Source: a virus | Taxonomy: Duplodnaviria; Caudoviricetes | DNA length: 25,189 nt | Reading direction: 5' to 3' (one strand) | IMG/VR virus record: IMGVR_UViG_3300015370_000252 | Coordinates: 1-25,189 of that record | Part shown: positions 7,603 through 17,740 of the stretch, one piece after another | Position numbering within the stretch: the stretch's first letter is position 1 | How the letters are laid out: each line of letters opens with the position of its first letter | Notes under the pieces: generated by a model | Database searches by the model: none | What the model saw: the letters and a program-made list of their open reading frames with translations, nothing else | Told to the model about the DNA's origin: nothing | Position numbers and translations under genes: made by a program

Positions 7603-8562
7603 CTATCTAGGTGTCTCAAGTCTATACATCCAGTTGTTGTTCAAAAGAACAGACTTAAACATATATTTCCAAGTAAGAGCGTGTTTATTCGCCCATTCAT
7701 CTCCATGTCCACCAGGTTTGGTGTAAACCACATCATAGTCATTCAGCATCCATTTGGTAATACCATATGAATTTTGTCCGACAATAATGGATTGCTCTAA
7801 AGTTGTAACAGCATTGTTAGAACCCGAGCTACCAATAGTAGGGGCCATAGATGAGAATTGAAACCCAATACCTAAAAATTCAGCGATAGTTGCAGTGTAG
7901 TAGTAATCTCTAGTACCACGACTAACAATTTCTCTAAAACTGGAATCTTTAAGCATCTGTTCAACTATATTAGCGCTAACCATAGCACGGAAGTTTCCGC
8001 GAATTGGTTTGCCATCGTTGTTTCGGAGTGCCGTAACAACAGCTAAAAAGTCGTTCATATCAGCCTTATCATTACTGTCTAATAGGTTACGAGCAGCCTT
8101 ACCATTTCCATAGTAAGCCGAAGTACCAACTCTTAGTACATTAATGACTTCTTGCTCAATAGCTTCTGAGGCGTGTTGAGCATTTAGCATTCTCAATTCC
8201 TTGGGAATATCTGCGAACGAAGTGTAATCTACACCTTCATTCCAGGCGTGACCTTGACCAAACAAGAAATCTACCTGAGCTGATACCGTAGTATCTGCTG
8301 GGGTTGCTGGAGTCCAGGTTGGGGAAGTACCAGTGGTGTTCTTAATATACTGATAAACAGTCGTACTAAAATCGGTTCCACCAGCAGCTAATCCAGGCTT
8401 GGTCATTCTAAACCATTGTCTAGTATGTCCTGCGCGTTTCCCAACGCGGTCGCCTTGTCCAAACTGTTGATAGATTAAATTGGGTTTTGCCCATTCTAAT
8501 CCTTCTGCAACAAAATCTGTTTTTTCTAGATCTGTAAGTGTGCTTATTGCAATTGCAGCCAT
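7603..8562 (-). CDS. Major capsid protein, N4-gp56-like
   Basis: 319 aa after scaffold; AAAGGAG SD; YQQFG, LRNNDGKP, SIIVGQNSYG, KPGGHGDEWAN..WK..F.SVLLNNNWMYRLET C-terminal pattern. Confidence 0.85.
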   Translation of the reverse strand: MAAIAISTLTDLEKTDFVAEGLEWAKPNLIYQQFGQGDRVGKRAGHTRQWFRMTKPGLAAGGTDFSTTVYQYIKNTTGTSPTWTPATPADTTVSAQVDFLFGQGHAWNEGVDYTSFADIPKELRMLNAQHASEAIEQEVINVLRVGTSAYYGNGKAARNLLDSNDKADMNDFLAVVTALRNNDGKPIRGNFRAMVSANIVEQMLKDSSFREIVSRGTRDYYYTATIAEFLGIGFQFSSMAPTIGSSGSNNAVTTLEQSIIVGQNSYGITKWMLNDYDVVYTKPGGHGDEWANKHALTWKYMFKSVLLNNNWMYRLETPR

Positions 8563-8581
8563 ATTTTATAATCTCCTTTCG

Positions 8582-9247
8582 TTATTTATGACTCTCCCGA
8601 TAATCTTTCAGGGCTTTCCTTTGCTCTGGGGTCCATTCATCAACTGGTGTGTCGAGAATTGCCTGTATTTGAGCAGGGGTAGCTCCTATGTTTGCATCTG
8701 GCGTATTACTTCCAGCTACATGGACATCTTTTTTAGGGGGAGTTAAAGAAGGGTTTTGCTCAGCTATAAGTTCCATTTCTGATTCGATATAGTCCTCTAT
8801 ATCAAGCAATCCTGTTTCTACGTCTTGCGTTTCCGCTTGAATGTAGCCTCTTGGATTTCTCAGAATGGCTCTTTTTTGTGACTCAGGAATATCAGGATAA
8901 TTCTTGAGAAGCTTACTAGCACCACTCTTCAATTCACTCAACGCTACCTTAGTTTCCAGTTGTCTAATATAGACATCTTTATTATCAGAAGGCGCTGATT
9001 GAACACCACTCCTATCAGTTTGTCCTCTCCTTAGTCTGCGAAACTTTTCTCGTTCTGCTTTGAGGGCTTTCTTGAGATTTTCATGTTCCTGCGAACTAAT
9101 GGTTCTTTCCTCAGCTGCTTGAGCTGGGGGTGTAACTACAGGCGCCGCAGCAGGTGCTGGGGTTTTTGTGTTACCTAACTCACTACCTTGCGGAGTAGTC
9201 GGTGAAGCGGGAGCTTCGGTCGCAAGCGGTTGTTTAACATCTTCCAT
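8582..9247 (-). CDS. Putative capsid scaffolding protein
   Basis: Directly upstream of MCP; Pro/Ala-rich N-terminus, coiled coil LKKALKAEREK, helical C-terminus; start re-called to ATG 9247 (GAAAGG SD). Confidence 0.7.
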   Translation of the reverse strand: MEDVKQPLATEAPASPTTPQGSELGNTKTPAPAAAPVVTPPAQAAEERTISSQEHENLKKALKAEREKFRRLRRGQTDRSGVQSAPSDNKDVYIRQLETKVALSELKSGASKLLKNYPDIPESQKRAILRNPRGYIQAETQDVETGLLDIEDYIESEMELIAEQNPSLTPPKKDVHVAGSNTPDANIGATPAQIQAILDTPVDEWTPEQRKALKDYRESHK

Positions 9248-9267
9248 GATGACTAACCTTTCTAACA

Positions 9268-9333
9268 TTTTTTTTACGTGGCTACGTACCACGAAAAAAG
9301 GTGTATTACAATATATGTATCATATTATTGTAA
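9268..9333. promoter_or_regulatory. Two adjacent inverted repeats upstream of scaffold gene
   Basis: T8-A-CGTGG-7nt-CCACG-A6 (9268-9299) and TTACAATATATG-TAT-CATATTATTGTAA (9306-9333). Confidence 0.45.
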
Positions 9334-9345
9334 AATATGCAAATA

Positions 9346-12093
9346 TTATTGTTTGGAAGCTTTTTTCATTTCTTCAACATATTCTCTTAAAAACTGTTTT
9401 CTTTCTTCTTCATCAGTAAATCTTTGATCCCTCATTATTGAATACATTTGAGATTCAATTTCTTCTATCTCTAATATTTTATTAATAAAATCAAATCTCT
9501 TCTTTTCTTCTGGCCTTAAAGCTGTGGTCTTTAATCCAAAAGCATCAAACAAAGCCATTTTCACATCTCTAGTTCTACCAGCATAATCTTTTTCGCCTTT
9601 GAAAGCTGGTTTAATCTTTCCAAAATAAGTTCTATATAAAGCTGGTAAAATTGTATTAGCTGCGTGTGCCCACTTCTGAGACCCCGCTCTTCTAGGTTTG
9701 ATACTAGTCATGTCTTTAAAACTAAATCCTGGTAATTTAGAATCTCCAAACTCCTTATCAAAATAGAAATCTTTTTTAGCTTGTTGCTGAGCAACTTCCA
9801 TAGCAAAAGGATTTAATGATAATCCGAATGGCAATTGACCCCTACTTAAACTATCAACAGGACTTTCACCTAAATTACCCCACGGATATAAATATTGGGT
9901 ATCTAAAACTATTCTATCGCCATCCTTAGACTTCCACGGCAATTGGATGCTGTCCTTCTGCCACTCTGGTCTATCCTCTTCTGGCACCGTATCGCCACCA
10001 TACGCTTCAACTGCTTGTTTAAACCTAGGATACTTAGCAAGTCTCTCGGGATGTTTTATTGCAGTTTTTACGGTAAAAGGTATCGCTTGCCTGGAAAATG
10101 AATAAAATGGAATTATTCTACTCATCAGCACACGCTCACCAGAACCAATCTTATAAGGTGAGAAGATGGCTTTTTCAGCCAAATCCTTAGCTACTTTTAA
10201 AACTGCAGGATCTGCCAACACCTCATCTAAACTTCTATTTCCTACTTTAACAATGTCATCAATAGACCTTTTGAACACACTTAGTTTGGCTACATCTTCT
10301 GAATGATTCTGGAACGTCTTCCACAAATCTAAAAATTTCCTAATGTTTCCTTTTTGAACAAGATCAGCATTTCCCATTAAAATTTTATAATTATCAATTA
10401 AACCAGCTTTACGAATTAAACTAACATTCTCAGCTGCACCAACATATTTTTGAGAACCATGTCCGAGGTAATTAAACAAGCCTTGAAACGAATCAATAAC
10501 CGTTCTTGCTAAACTTCCACCAGTAGCCATATTAGCCAAAATCTGGTTAGAAATAATGTTCCTTACATGATAAGCGGGATTATAAATAGTTTTACCAAGC
10601 TTCCAAAGATTAAGTGCTTTATCATGGAAATTCCAAGCTTTGTCCCAAGCAGTAGTACCTGCTCTAGCCGCAGAACCTTTAATAAAATCAACTACATCTT
10701 TTGGAAGAAGCGTATCTTTAAATATCCCAGCAGTTTTAAGATTAATCACATCGGCTGGCACATAACCAAAATCCCTTAAGGCATCTGGGCCATTCTTTAC
10801 TAATAACTTTTGAGCCTCATCTGCCTTTAACCCAAACTTCTCAGCAATAGCTATGTACCCACGCGCTATCTCATTTTCAGTTATCTCGGTTCCAAGTCCT
10901 TTATAAACAGCGGGTGAAAATTCCTTTATATAACCCTCCTTACCCTTTCTCTCTTTCATAAATCTCTGGAGCAATTTAGGAGCTCCAGAAGGCGTTGTAA
11001 TATAAGCAGTATCACCGCCTTTAATCATCTGATCCCAAATATGTGTTAAGTACTTACCTTCATATTTTGCAAAAGATTCTGGGCTTAACCCAAACTTACC
11101 TTTAGTTTTTTCAAATAACTCCACTCCCTCTCGTCCAACCTTGTCTCCTAAATCAGTCATTTGTTTAGCAATTACTCTAAGTGGCTCATCGGCTTTAGCT
11201 ACAACCTTGGCGCCGTTCTCCATTAATTCACCAACTATTCTTTGTTGTTCTGGAGTCATTCCATCTGCTGCTTTTTTAATAATCTTCTGTAACTGATTAA
11301 CTCTAAAATTAGCCATATCCACAGCCTCATCCAATAGTTTTTTAGCACCAGGAGCTTTAAACCCTGGCTCAAGTGCTTCAATAACACTACCGAGTTTACT
11401 CTTCTTTATATAATCACCAGTAGCGCCAGTAGCCTTTGAAATTGGCTTCATAAATTGTTGACCTAATTTAGCTGCTCCTGGTATCGCGCTAACAGCCTTA
11501 CCTATTCCAAATTCTGCTACGGTGGGATAAAGAACTTCTAAAGCAAAAGCAATATCTTTTGAAAGTGGGGTAATTTTTTCACCAGCCTCTCTTCTCTTAT
11601 CTACAACGCTTCCTTCTCCTAAAAATCCTCCACCCCAAGGATCTAGTTCTTTTGAAGGTTTAAAAACATTCTTAAGTCCAGCTTTTATACCACTAGGCTT
11701 AAGTGGATCAAATGCTGCAGACAAAAATCCAGAAAAACTCTTGGGTTCATTCCTCGTTCCACTTTCTCTTTGTCTTTGCTCACGATCCATTACCACACCA
11801 CTAGTATATCTAGATGGGGCCATTAAAGCTCTTCCCGCTGCTTGTCCAAGTGGTGTTGCCATCTTCTCTCCCAACCAACCCAAGCCTTCCATTACTTTGC
11901 TTCCAAATGGTGAAGCTACTGCTTTTTGAAAACGCTCTGAACCTAGTATCTTTTCTCTAGTTCTTTCAAAGAAACCTTTTTCTTCTTGTTGATAAGAAGG
12001 TTGTGGTTTAGAAATTCGTGGAGTTGGGGTAACAGTAGGAGCGGCGCTAGGCGCGGTTGTTCCTGCTGAAGATGGGCTCCAATATTTTGACAT
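9346..12093 (-). CDS. Large putative internal virion/DNA-ejection protein (915 aa)
   Basis: Helical Lys/Gly/Ala-rich; NPAYHVRN and IIPFYSFSRQAIP..LPW segments resemble podovirus-type internal virion proteins; within head operon. Confidence 0.55.
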   Translation of the reverse strand: MSKYWSPSSAGTTAPSAAPTVTPTPRISKPQPSYQQEEKGFFERTREKILGSERFQKAVASPFGSKVMEGLGWLGEKMATPLGQAAGRALMAPSRYTSGVVMDREQRQRESGTRNEPKSFSGFLSAAFDPLKPSGIKAGLKNVFKPSKELDPWGGGFLGEGSVVDKRREAGEKITPLSKDIAFALEVLYPTVAEFGIGKAVSAIPGAAKLGQQFMKPISKATGATGDYIKKSKLGSVIEALEPGFKAPGAKKLLDEAVDMANFRVNQLQKIIKKAADGMTPEQQRIVGELMENGAKVVAKADEPLRVIAKQMTDLGDKVGREGVELFEKTKGKFGLSPESFAKYEGKYLTHIWDQMIKGGDTAYITTPSGAPKLLQRFMKERKGKEGYIKEFSPAVYKGLGTEITENEIARGYIAIAEKFGLKADEAQKLLVKNGPDALRDFGYVPADVINLKTAGIFKDTLLPKDVVDFIKGSAARAGTTAWDKAWNFHDKALNLWKLGKTIYNPAYHVRNIISNQILANMATGGSLARTVIDSFQGLFNYLGHGSQKYVGAAENVSLIRKAGLIDNYKILMGNADLVQKGNIRKFLDLWKTFQNHSEDVAKLSVFKRSIDDIVKVGNRSLDEVLADPAVLKVAKDLAEKAIFSPYKIGSGERVLMSRIIPFYSFSRQAIPFTVKTAIKHPERLAKYPRFKQAVEAYGGDTVPEEDRPEWQKDSIQLPWKSKDGDRIVLDTQYLYPWGNLGESPVDSLSRGQLPFGLSLNPFAMEVAQQQAKKDFYFDKEFGDSKLPGFSFKDMTSIKPRRAGSQKWAHAANTILPALYRTYFGKIKPAFKGEKDYAGRTRDVKMALFDAFGLKTTALRPEEKKRFDFINKILEIEEIESQMYSIMRDQRFTDEEERKQFLREYVEEMKKASKQ

Positions 12094-12094
12094 A

Positions 12095-14344
12095 TTATTT
12101 AAATGTGTTAATTTTTTTAAGCCAATTCCCTACGCTACTTACTCCTGACTTAACCGTATCTTTAACTTTTGTATACACATCTCTTAAAGTTGGACCAGTA
12201 AACATCTTAGATTCAGGTGGTTTCCATTCATCTTTTGGTAACTCCATCTTAAATCCAGAGCTCTGCAAGGCATTAGGTTTATACTCTGGGCTAGTTAATT
12301 GGGTACCAAAATTTATTGGTGCTGGAGTGTAGTTGGTGGTGGGAGCATATGCTGGTGTAAATGTTGGTTGAATAGATGGTTGATCAAACTTAATGTTTTC
12401 AAATCCACTAAAGTCAACTGGTTTACCAGGCTCACTACTAGGAACTAGTTTTCCATCTGGTCTAGTCTCATATGAGGGATATAAAGTTTCTTTGGGCTTT
12501 AAGTCTTGAGGTGGTAATTCTTGTTGATCTCCTAGTAGAGCTGCTGCGGCCGCTTCTGCTTGTTTTTTCTGTTGTTCTTCTGGAGATAAGCTATTGAAAT
12601 AATTCTGTTTCTCTTGAACTTCATAATCTTTCCATGATTGACCAGTCCTCTGATCTGGGCTGTTAAACCAGTTGCTAATATCTGTATTTGTTTTCGCTAA
12701 ATCAAATGCTTTTACTAGTTCTCCTTCTAAATCGTACTTAGCTTGAACATATATTTCTCCCTCAAATTCAGCATAAGAATATGTATTAAACCTACCAGGA
12801 ACCTCACCCTCTAAATAAAATGGAGTTAGTTGTACATAAATATTATTTCTCCCAGGAACTTTCCCTATAGATTCACCAACCTTAGTATTAATAAGAGTTG
12901 TATTTCCAGCATCATCAACTATTTCGACCTGAGTATTAAGTGGAACAAACTTCTGAACTTGATTACCATTTTTATCTTTGGTAATTAAAAGACCAGTCGC
13001 CTGTTTTCCTTGTAAATCAATTGGTTCTTTTTGATATAATACAGTTACGTCTGCAATTAATTTATTAATTTCTTCATCAGTATCACCCGCATAAGCATCC
13101 AATGTCCTAACATATTGAGCTAATTGATCTGTTTTGGAAGTAACTTGAGCATCGGTGTTTCTAGCAGCCTCTTCATAAGTATATGCTTTCTCTGGAGCTT
13201 GTTGTGCCCAAGATGAATATAAATCTCTTCTGTTCTTTAATCCTTCAAATGTTCCTGTTTTTTCATCCCCACCACCATTAAGATAAAGTGCATAAATATA
13301 AATATAGTCTTTGTATTGTTCTACAACTGATTGATCTTTTCCAGAATCATATAGCATTGCCCTAAACCGATCATCCTCTTCTTGAAACTGAGCCTTCATG
13401 TCTTTAATTGTAGTGGCGAGTTCTGACCCATCTGCTTTTCTAACTCTAAATGTTCGACCCTCAAACTCTTCAATCGTAGTTCCCTTTTGAACATCAAGTC
13501 CCAACTTCTCAGTAAATTGGTCAATTGTAGGCAACATATCATACAAACCTGCTTCCTGAGCACTCTGATCTATACCATTCAACTCTATTACCGCATCATC
13601 TGCGGAAATATACCCCCGCTCATAATTAGACTTGACTAAATCTAGTCTCTCATCTATCTTATCGCGAGCTTCTTTTTTCGTCGCGGCTGGTAGTTTGGTT
13701 GTTCTTATTTCATTAGACTTACTTGCCCATTCCAGCGCATCAATCGTTTCACCATCTCTTTGAGCCTCCTCTGCCAGCTTCATATAAGCTGCTGCTTGTT
13801 TTTGTAAACTATCTACTCCAGGAGGAAGTAAAGATAGTTCGTACTCGGCATTTGCACGTGAAAACTTTCGCTCTTCCTTTTTAATGTCCCCATAAACCTT
13901 CTCAGCCTTACCATTCCAATCAGCTACAGCCTGCAATGCCCTACTATGAGCTGGCGTACCTTCTTCTAAATTAGTTGCTCTCTCATTATAATAAGTAGCC
14001 AAAGCCTTAGCAGCTTTAATCTTTTCAACTCCCTCTGCAGCTTTATAATCAGTTTCAAGTCTCTCTCCATTAACCACTACCTCAAAGTCTCGCAGCTTAT
14101 CTTCAATATTAACCTTATCCATCTCAGTAAAATAAGGATTACTGGTCGCAGACTGCAAATAAGAATACATCTCTTCGTTGGAAACAAACCCATCACTATA
14201 ACGCTTAACCATGCTTTCAAACTGGGCATCAGCCATTTTACGGGCAATAGAATCAGCTGCGCTACTTAACGACCCAGGTCGAAGAACTTTCCTCTTAGTG
14301 GTTTTGCGCCTATCTCTTAAGGCAGCTCGTCTTGCATTCGCCAT
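12095..14344 (-). CDS. Large hypothetical protein, probable virion internal protein (749 aa)
   Basis: Abuts portal stop; basic N-terminus, long acidic helical region, Pro/Thr-rich C-terminal part. Confidence 0.5.
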   Translation of the reverse strand: MANARRAALRDRRKTTKRKVLRPGSLSSAADSIARKMADAQFESMVKRYSDGFVSNEEMYSYLQSATSNPYFTEMDKVNIEDKLRDFEVVVNGERLETDYKAAEGVEKIKAAKALATYYNERATNLEEGTPAHSRALQAVADWNGKAEKVYGDIKKEERKFSRANAEYELSLLPPGVDSLQKQAAAYMKLAEEAQRDGETIDALEWASKSNEIRTTKLPAATKKEARDKIDERLDLVKSNYERGYISADDAVIELNGIDQSAQEAGLYDMLPTIDQFTEKLGLDVQKGTTIEEFEGRTFRVRKADGSELATTIKDMKAQFQEEDDRFRAMLYDSGKDQSVVEQYKDYIYIYALYLNGGGDEKTGTFEGLKNRRDLYSSWAQQAPEKAYTYEEAARNTDAQVTSKTDQLAQYVRTLDAYAGDTDEEINKLIADVTVLYQKEPIDLQGKQATGLLITKDKNGNQVQKFVPLNTQVEIVDDAGNTTLINTKVGESIGKVPGRNNIYVQLTPFYLEGEVPGRFNTYSYAEFEGEIYVQAKYDLEGELVKAFDLAKTNTDISNWFNSPDQRTGQSWKDYEVQEKQNYFNSLSPEEQQKKQAEAAAAALLGDQQELPPQDLKPKETLYPSYETRPDGKLVPSSEPGKPVDFSGFENIKFDQPSIQPTFTPAYAPTTNYTPAPINFGTQLTSPEYKPNALQSSGFKMELPKDEWKPPESKMFTGPTLRDVYTKVKDTVKSGVSSVGNWLKKINTFK

Positions 14345-16198
14345 TTACTGTCCTTTAGCTTGTAAGTTCTGTCTAGTTTGATCAATAAATCCCTGGGGAC
14401 TTGAGAATGAAGTTGTTCCACCTTTCACCGAAGCTGGTTGTGGCATACCTTCTCCACCTTGAGCGGAGATCATTGTTGGTGCCGACTGATTAACACCAGG
14501 AGCTCCAGGAACAGCTGGTGGTCCTGCCTCTTGGGCTTGCAATAAATCATTAGCCCGTTTTTGAGCCTCTACCAATCCAGGAGTAACTTGATACATCTTA
14601 GCTCGATACTCCATTAATTCAGCATCTCTAGTCTCGCGCTTCATCTCTTCAATAATTGCATCTACGTCCCTATAACCTAGTTCTTTAAAGGCATATCTGA
14701 AAGGAAGTCCCATCTGCACTTTATTTAATACATTCACAATCTCATCTGATTGGGTAATAGGCATAACCTGTGCCCAATCAAAATCAGGATTGCGCAAGGC
14801 AAATTCACCTGTAGCTTCATCTTGGAAAATTTCCGTATCACCATAATAGAAATTCCCATACATCTGAATCTTTTTGAAAATATCTCGTAAAGCCAACTCC
14901 CAAGCATCATGCTTGAAATCAATTAGTTCTACAAGAGATTGATAATCAATGGCTTTAGAACGGCCAGAATCAGCTCCTCCTGCTCCAAAGGTTACTTTAG
15001 GCACACCCATGTCATACATCGTATCTCTCACCCGATTAATATAAGAATCTACAGGAAAGGTATTCACATTAGCAGCTAGTGGTTCAAACCGAGCCGAGCC
15101 ATCTGGGGAATCAATAAAGATTACTCCACCTGATCCTGACTTAATACTTTCGGGATCAAAGTCTTCCATATTTATTGCCACATACCGCTGGTTAGCACCT
15201 ACCCTAATATAAGATCTTTCTTCATTGGAGGCTTCATTAAATTCAATTTGGGGGTCCATCATGTCATCAATATCTGAAATAGACCAAGGGGAACGGGGTT
15301 GTGGAATGTTATGAATAATAGTCCAGAAAGGAACCTTAGGATAAGTGACATCATCCTTCTCCACATACTGAATCATTTCTTTGCCAATCAACAAACAGTA
15401 ATAATCTCGATCATCATACTCAACTAAAGTAACTGAAGGTGACTTGGTTTCTCCAGAGGGTAGGGCAGTAGTACCAGACCACTGCTTGTCTTCTGCCCAA
15501 GCAGAGCCTTCATTAGCTGTCGCCCTATCCTTATCTTTAGTTGTATGAGCTAAGGAATCAGGAACCTTAATCCCAAACTCATCTTCAATACTCTTTAATG
15601 TTCGTTCTTCTTCAACTATAACAGCATCATACTCATGCACATCATCTCCGCGCCACGCCACCATAATATTATCCATCTTCTCTAAATTAGTAATTTTAAT
15701 ATTCCACTCTTGCCCATCCTTTTGGGGATAGGTCTTAATCGCCGCATCACCCATCGTGACTTGATTCATACAAGCTCGCCTATAAGCTTTTAGCCAAAAG
15801 TCATTCTTATCTAACACATCATCAACAAACGACTCTACCGCTTGCGCGCGAATCCTTTCATTCTCTACAAAATCAGCACTAACTAATTTGCGTGCAGGAA
15901 ATGTGACATTAGGAGGATTATTAGCTAGTCCATAACTAATCTTCTTTGCAGTTTTACCAGCATAGTTAAAGACCGCATTAGGATGTCCTTTTTTCTCAAG
16001 GGTAGTCTTGCCAACAATATTTGTGTAATTATGACGACCTGTATAAAAATCAAAGCGTTTCTTATATAGAGCTCTTCGTGTATCTCTATCAGGTTTTAAA
16101 GCCTCTTTAAGATCATTAATCTTTTTCCTTTTTTCTTTACGTTGGCTGGGTGTGCCTTCAAGAACTAACTTTGAGTCTTTAAAATCTATTTTATCCAT
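14345..16198 (-). CDS. Portal protein
   Basis: 617 aa directly after terL; R.DFYTG, VFNY, MGDAAIK, PWSISDIDDMMDPQIEFN, SGRSKA; Pro/Gln/Gly-rich tail. Confidence 0.82.
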   Translation of the reverse strand: MDKIDFKDSKLVLEGTPSQRKEKRKKINDLKEALKPDRDTRRALYKKRFDFYTGRHNYTNIVGKTTLEKKGHPNAVFNYAGKTAKKISYGLANNPPNVTFPARKLVSADFVENERIRAQAVESFVDDVLDKNDFWLKAYRRACMNQVTMGDAAIKTYPQKDGQEWNIKITNLEKMDNIMVAWRGDDVHEYDAVIVEEERTLKSIEDEFGIKVPDSLAHTTKDKDRATANEGSAWAEDKQWSGTTALPSGETKSPSVTLVEYDDRDYYCLLIGKEMIQYVEKDDVTYPKVPFWTIIHNIPQPRSPWSISDIDDMMDPQIEFNEASNEERSYIRVGANQRYVAINMEDFDPESIKSGSGGVIFIDSPDGSARFEPLAANVNTFPVDSYINRVRDTMYDMGVPKVTFGAGGADSGRSKAIDYQSLVELIDFKHDAWELALRDIFKKIQMYGNFYYGDTEIFQDEATGEFALRNPDFDWAQVMPITQSDEIVNVLNKVQMGLPFRYAFKELGYRDVDAIIEEMKRETRDAELMEYRAKMYQVTPGLVEAQKRANDLLQAQEAGPPAVPGAPGVNQSAPTMISAQGGEGMPQPASVKGGTTSFSSPQGFIDQTRQNLQAKGQ

Positions 16199-16234
16199 AG
16201 CGATTATACTCCCATAAATATTTACTTCTTGAAA

Positions 16235-17740
16235 TTAGATAATAGCATTAAAATCATAAGCATACATTCTATTATGAGTCTGCTTGGGTCTCCGCAGTTC
16301 TAACCACCAAACCAATTGTGCTAGTGTCACCACTATATCATTCCTTATTTTTTTATCATCCAACCGATAATTTTGTAACTCAGAAATAACCACATCTTCG
16401 CTAGGCATCCTAAGCAAACCCCAATTATGATTCTCATCAATAGCCTCATTGCCGTGGTAAGTTAACTTCCTCCTCCTCTTCGTACTCTGTCCTCCATCAA
16501 ATGCTGCCTTTAAACTAGTTAGCATCTCTGACTTAGCTCTCCCTCCAATATCAATAGATATAGGCTTAAGATGTCTTAAAAAGGCACTGGCGTTCTTTCC
16601 ACCCAAAGCACTACCATCAATAATTAGTTTACCTGGAAACTTCTCCTTAATCTCTTCCACTTTAAGATACTGCATGGGAATAGGCATCTTATTACCCTGA
16701 ACACGGAAAAAATGCACTAGCCTGTAGGGTTCTTCCGTATAATCTATAACTAAAATCACCGTATAATCAGCCCAGACACTCTTCCCTCCAGCAAAATCGG
16801 CACTAGTAAAATAGTCTCTCCCAGCCACACCTCTTTCCAACCAATGCATATTTTCATCCACAGCATTACTAATCCTTTCAAACCCAAAGTACTTATCTCC
16901 ACTCTCCACATACTCCCCTTCAATAATCTGCTTCCTTAACATTGGATCTGCAATCTCTTCAGTCTTCTTTATCTCCACAGGATCTAAGAACGTATTATCA
17001 TACATTGTTCCCTTTTGAGTATAAAAATTATTTCCCTCATTCTTCATATCATCTTGGGCCATTTCAATTATCCGCAGATAGTCATGTCCTTCGGGTTGGG
17101 GAGTACCCACAAAGTCTAGTACCCCTCCTAACGAGACTAGACGGGGCAAAAGGGTAATATTAGTAAATGTCCACAACTCCGCAATATCCGCACACTCATC
17201 TCCTGATATAAAAGCAATACTCTTTGCTTTAAAAGCCGCTCCCATCTCACTATAAGATCTAATAAGCAACTTAGCTCCTGTAATAAACATTAAACTGGGT
17301 AACATTTGAGCATCTACTCTATCCTCCATAATTGCCCAGCCCTTCAATTGACTCCTGTTAGTCCTTCCCCATTCCTGATGCATATGATTGGGAAACATAA
17401 TCTTCCCTTCAACAATATCCTTAATCAACCTTGGAACCTCTCTAGCTTGCTCATAACCAGGTCCAAAGTTTAAAGTCTCATACGGTTGATCTAACCACTC
17501 TCTCTCTGAAAGAACCTTACCCGCGAGCTTGGGCTTAGTCATACACTCCCAAATATGCTTAATCGCCTCACTCATAGTCTTACCCCACCTATTACCAGGC
17601 CTCAATATATTAATCTTCCGATGACTTTCCTTAAACCAGACTTGTTGCCCTGGGTGTAAAGGCAAGCCAAGAATCTTCTGTGCAAAGAAAACTGGATCTT
17701 CTCTAATCTTATTCGAGTAAAGTTGTTGGGGGGTCTTCAT
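16235..17740 (-). CDS. terL: Terminase large subunit
   Basis: LHPGQ (Q motif), GNRWGKT (Walker A), FISGDE (Walker B), GTP coupling motif, DNTFL, ADFAGG..DYT and RNDIV nuclease acidic residues. Confidence 0.92.
   Translation of the reverse strand: MKTPQQLYSNKIREDPVFFAQKILGLPLHPGQQVWFKESHRKINILRPGNRWGKTMSEAIKHIWECMTKPKLAGKVLSEREWLDQPYETLNFGPGYEQAREVPRLIKDIVEGKIMFPNHMHQEWGRTNRSQLKGWAIMEDRVDAQMLPSLMFITGAKLLIRSYSEMGAAFKAKSIAFISGDECADIAELWTFTNITLLPRLVSLGGVLDFVGTPQPEGHDYLRIIEMAQDDMKNEGNNFYTQKGTMYDNTFLDPVEIKKTEEIADPMLRKQIIEGEYVESGDKYFGFERISNAVDENMHWLERGVAGRDYFTSADFAGGKSVWADYTVILVIDYTEEPYRLVHFFRVQGNKMPIPMQYLKVEEIKEKFPGKLIIDGSALGGKNASAFLRHLKPISIDIGGRAKSEMLTSLKAAFDGGQSTKRRRKLTYHGNEAIDENHNWGLLRMPSEDVVISELQNYRLDDKKIRNDIVVTLAQLVWWLELRRPKQTHNRMYAYDFNAII

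Noticed and set aside
7500-7605. Read-through fusion of the capsid to the in-frame 62-aa gene
   Set aside because: Three in-frame stops (TAG, TGA, TAG) intervene
435-12332. Plus-strand track ORFs at 435, 3223, 3790, 5324, 7573, 8480, 9168, 10567, 11741 and 12057
   Set aside because: Antisense shadows of well-supported minus-strand genes; no motifs or coupling
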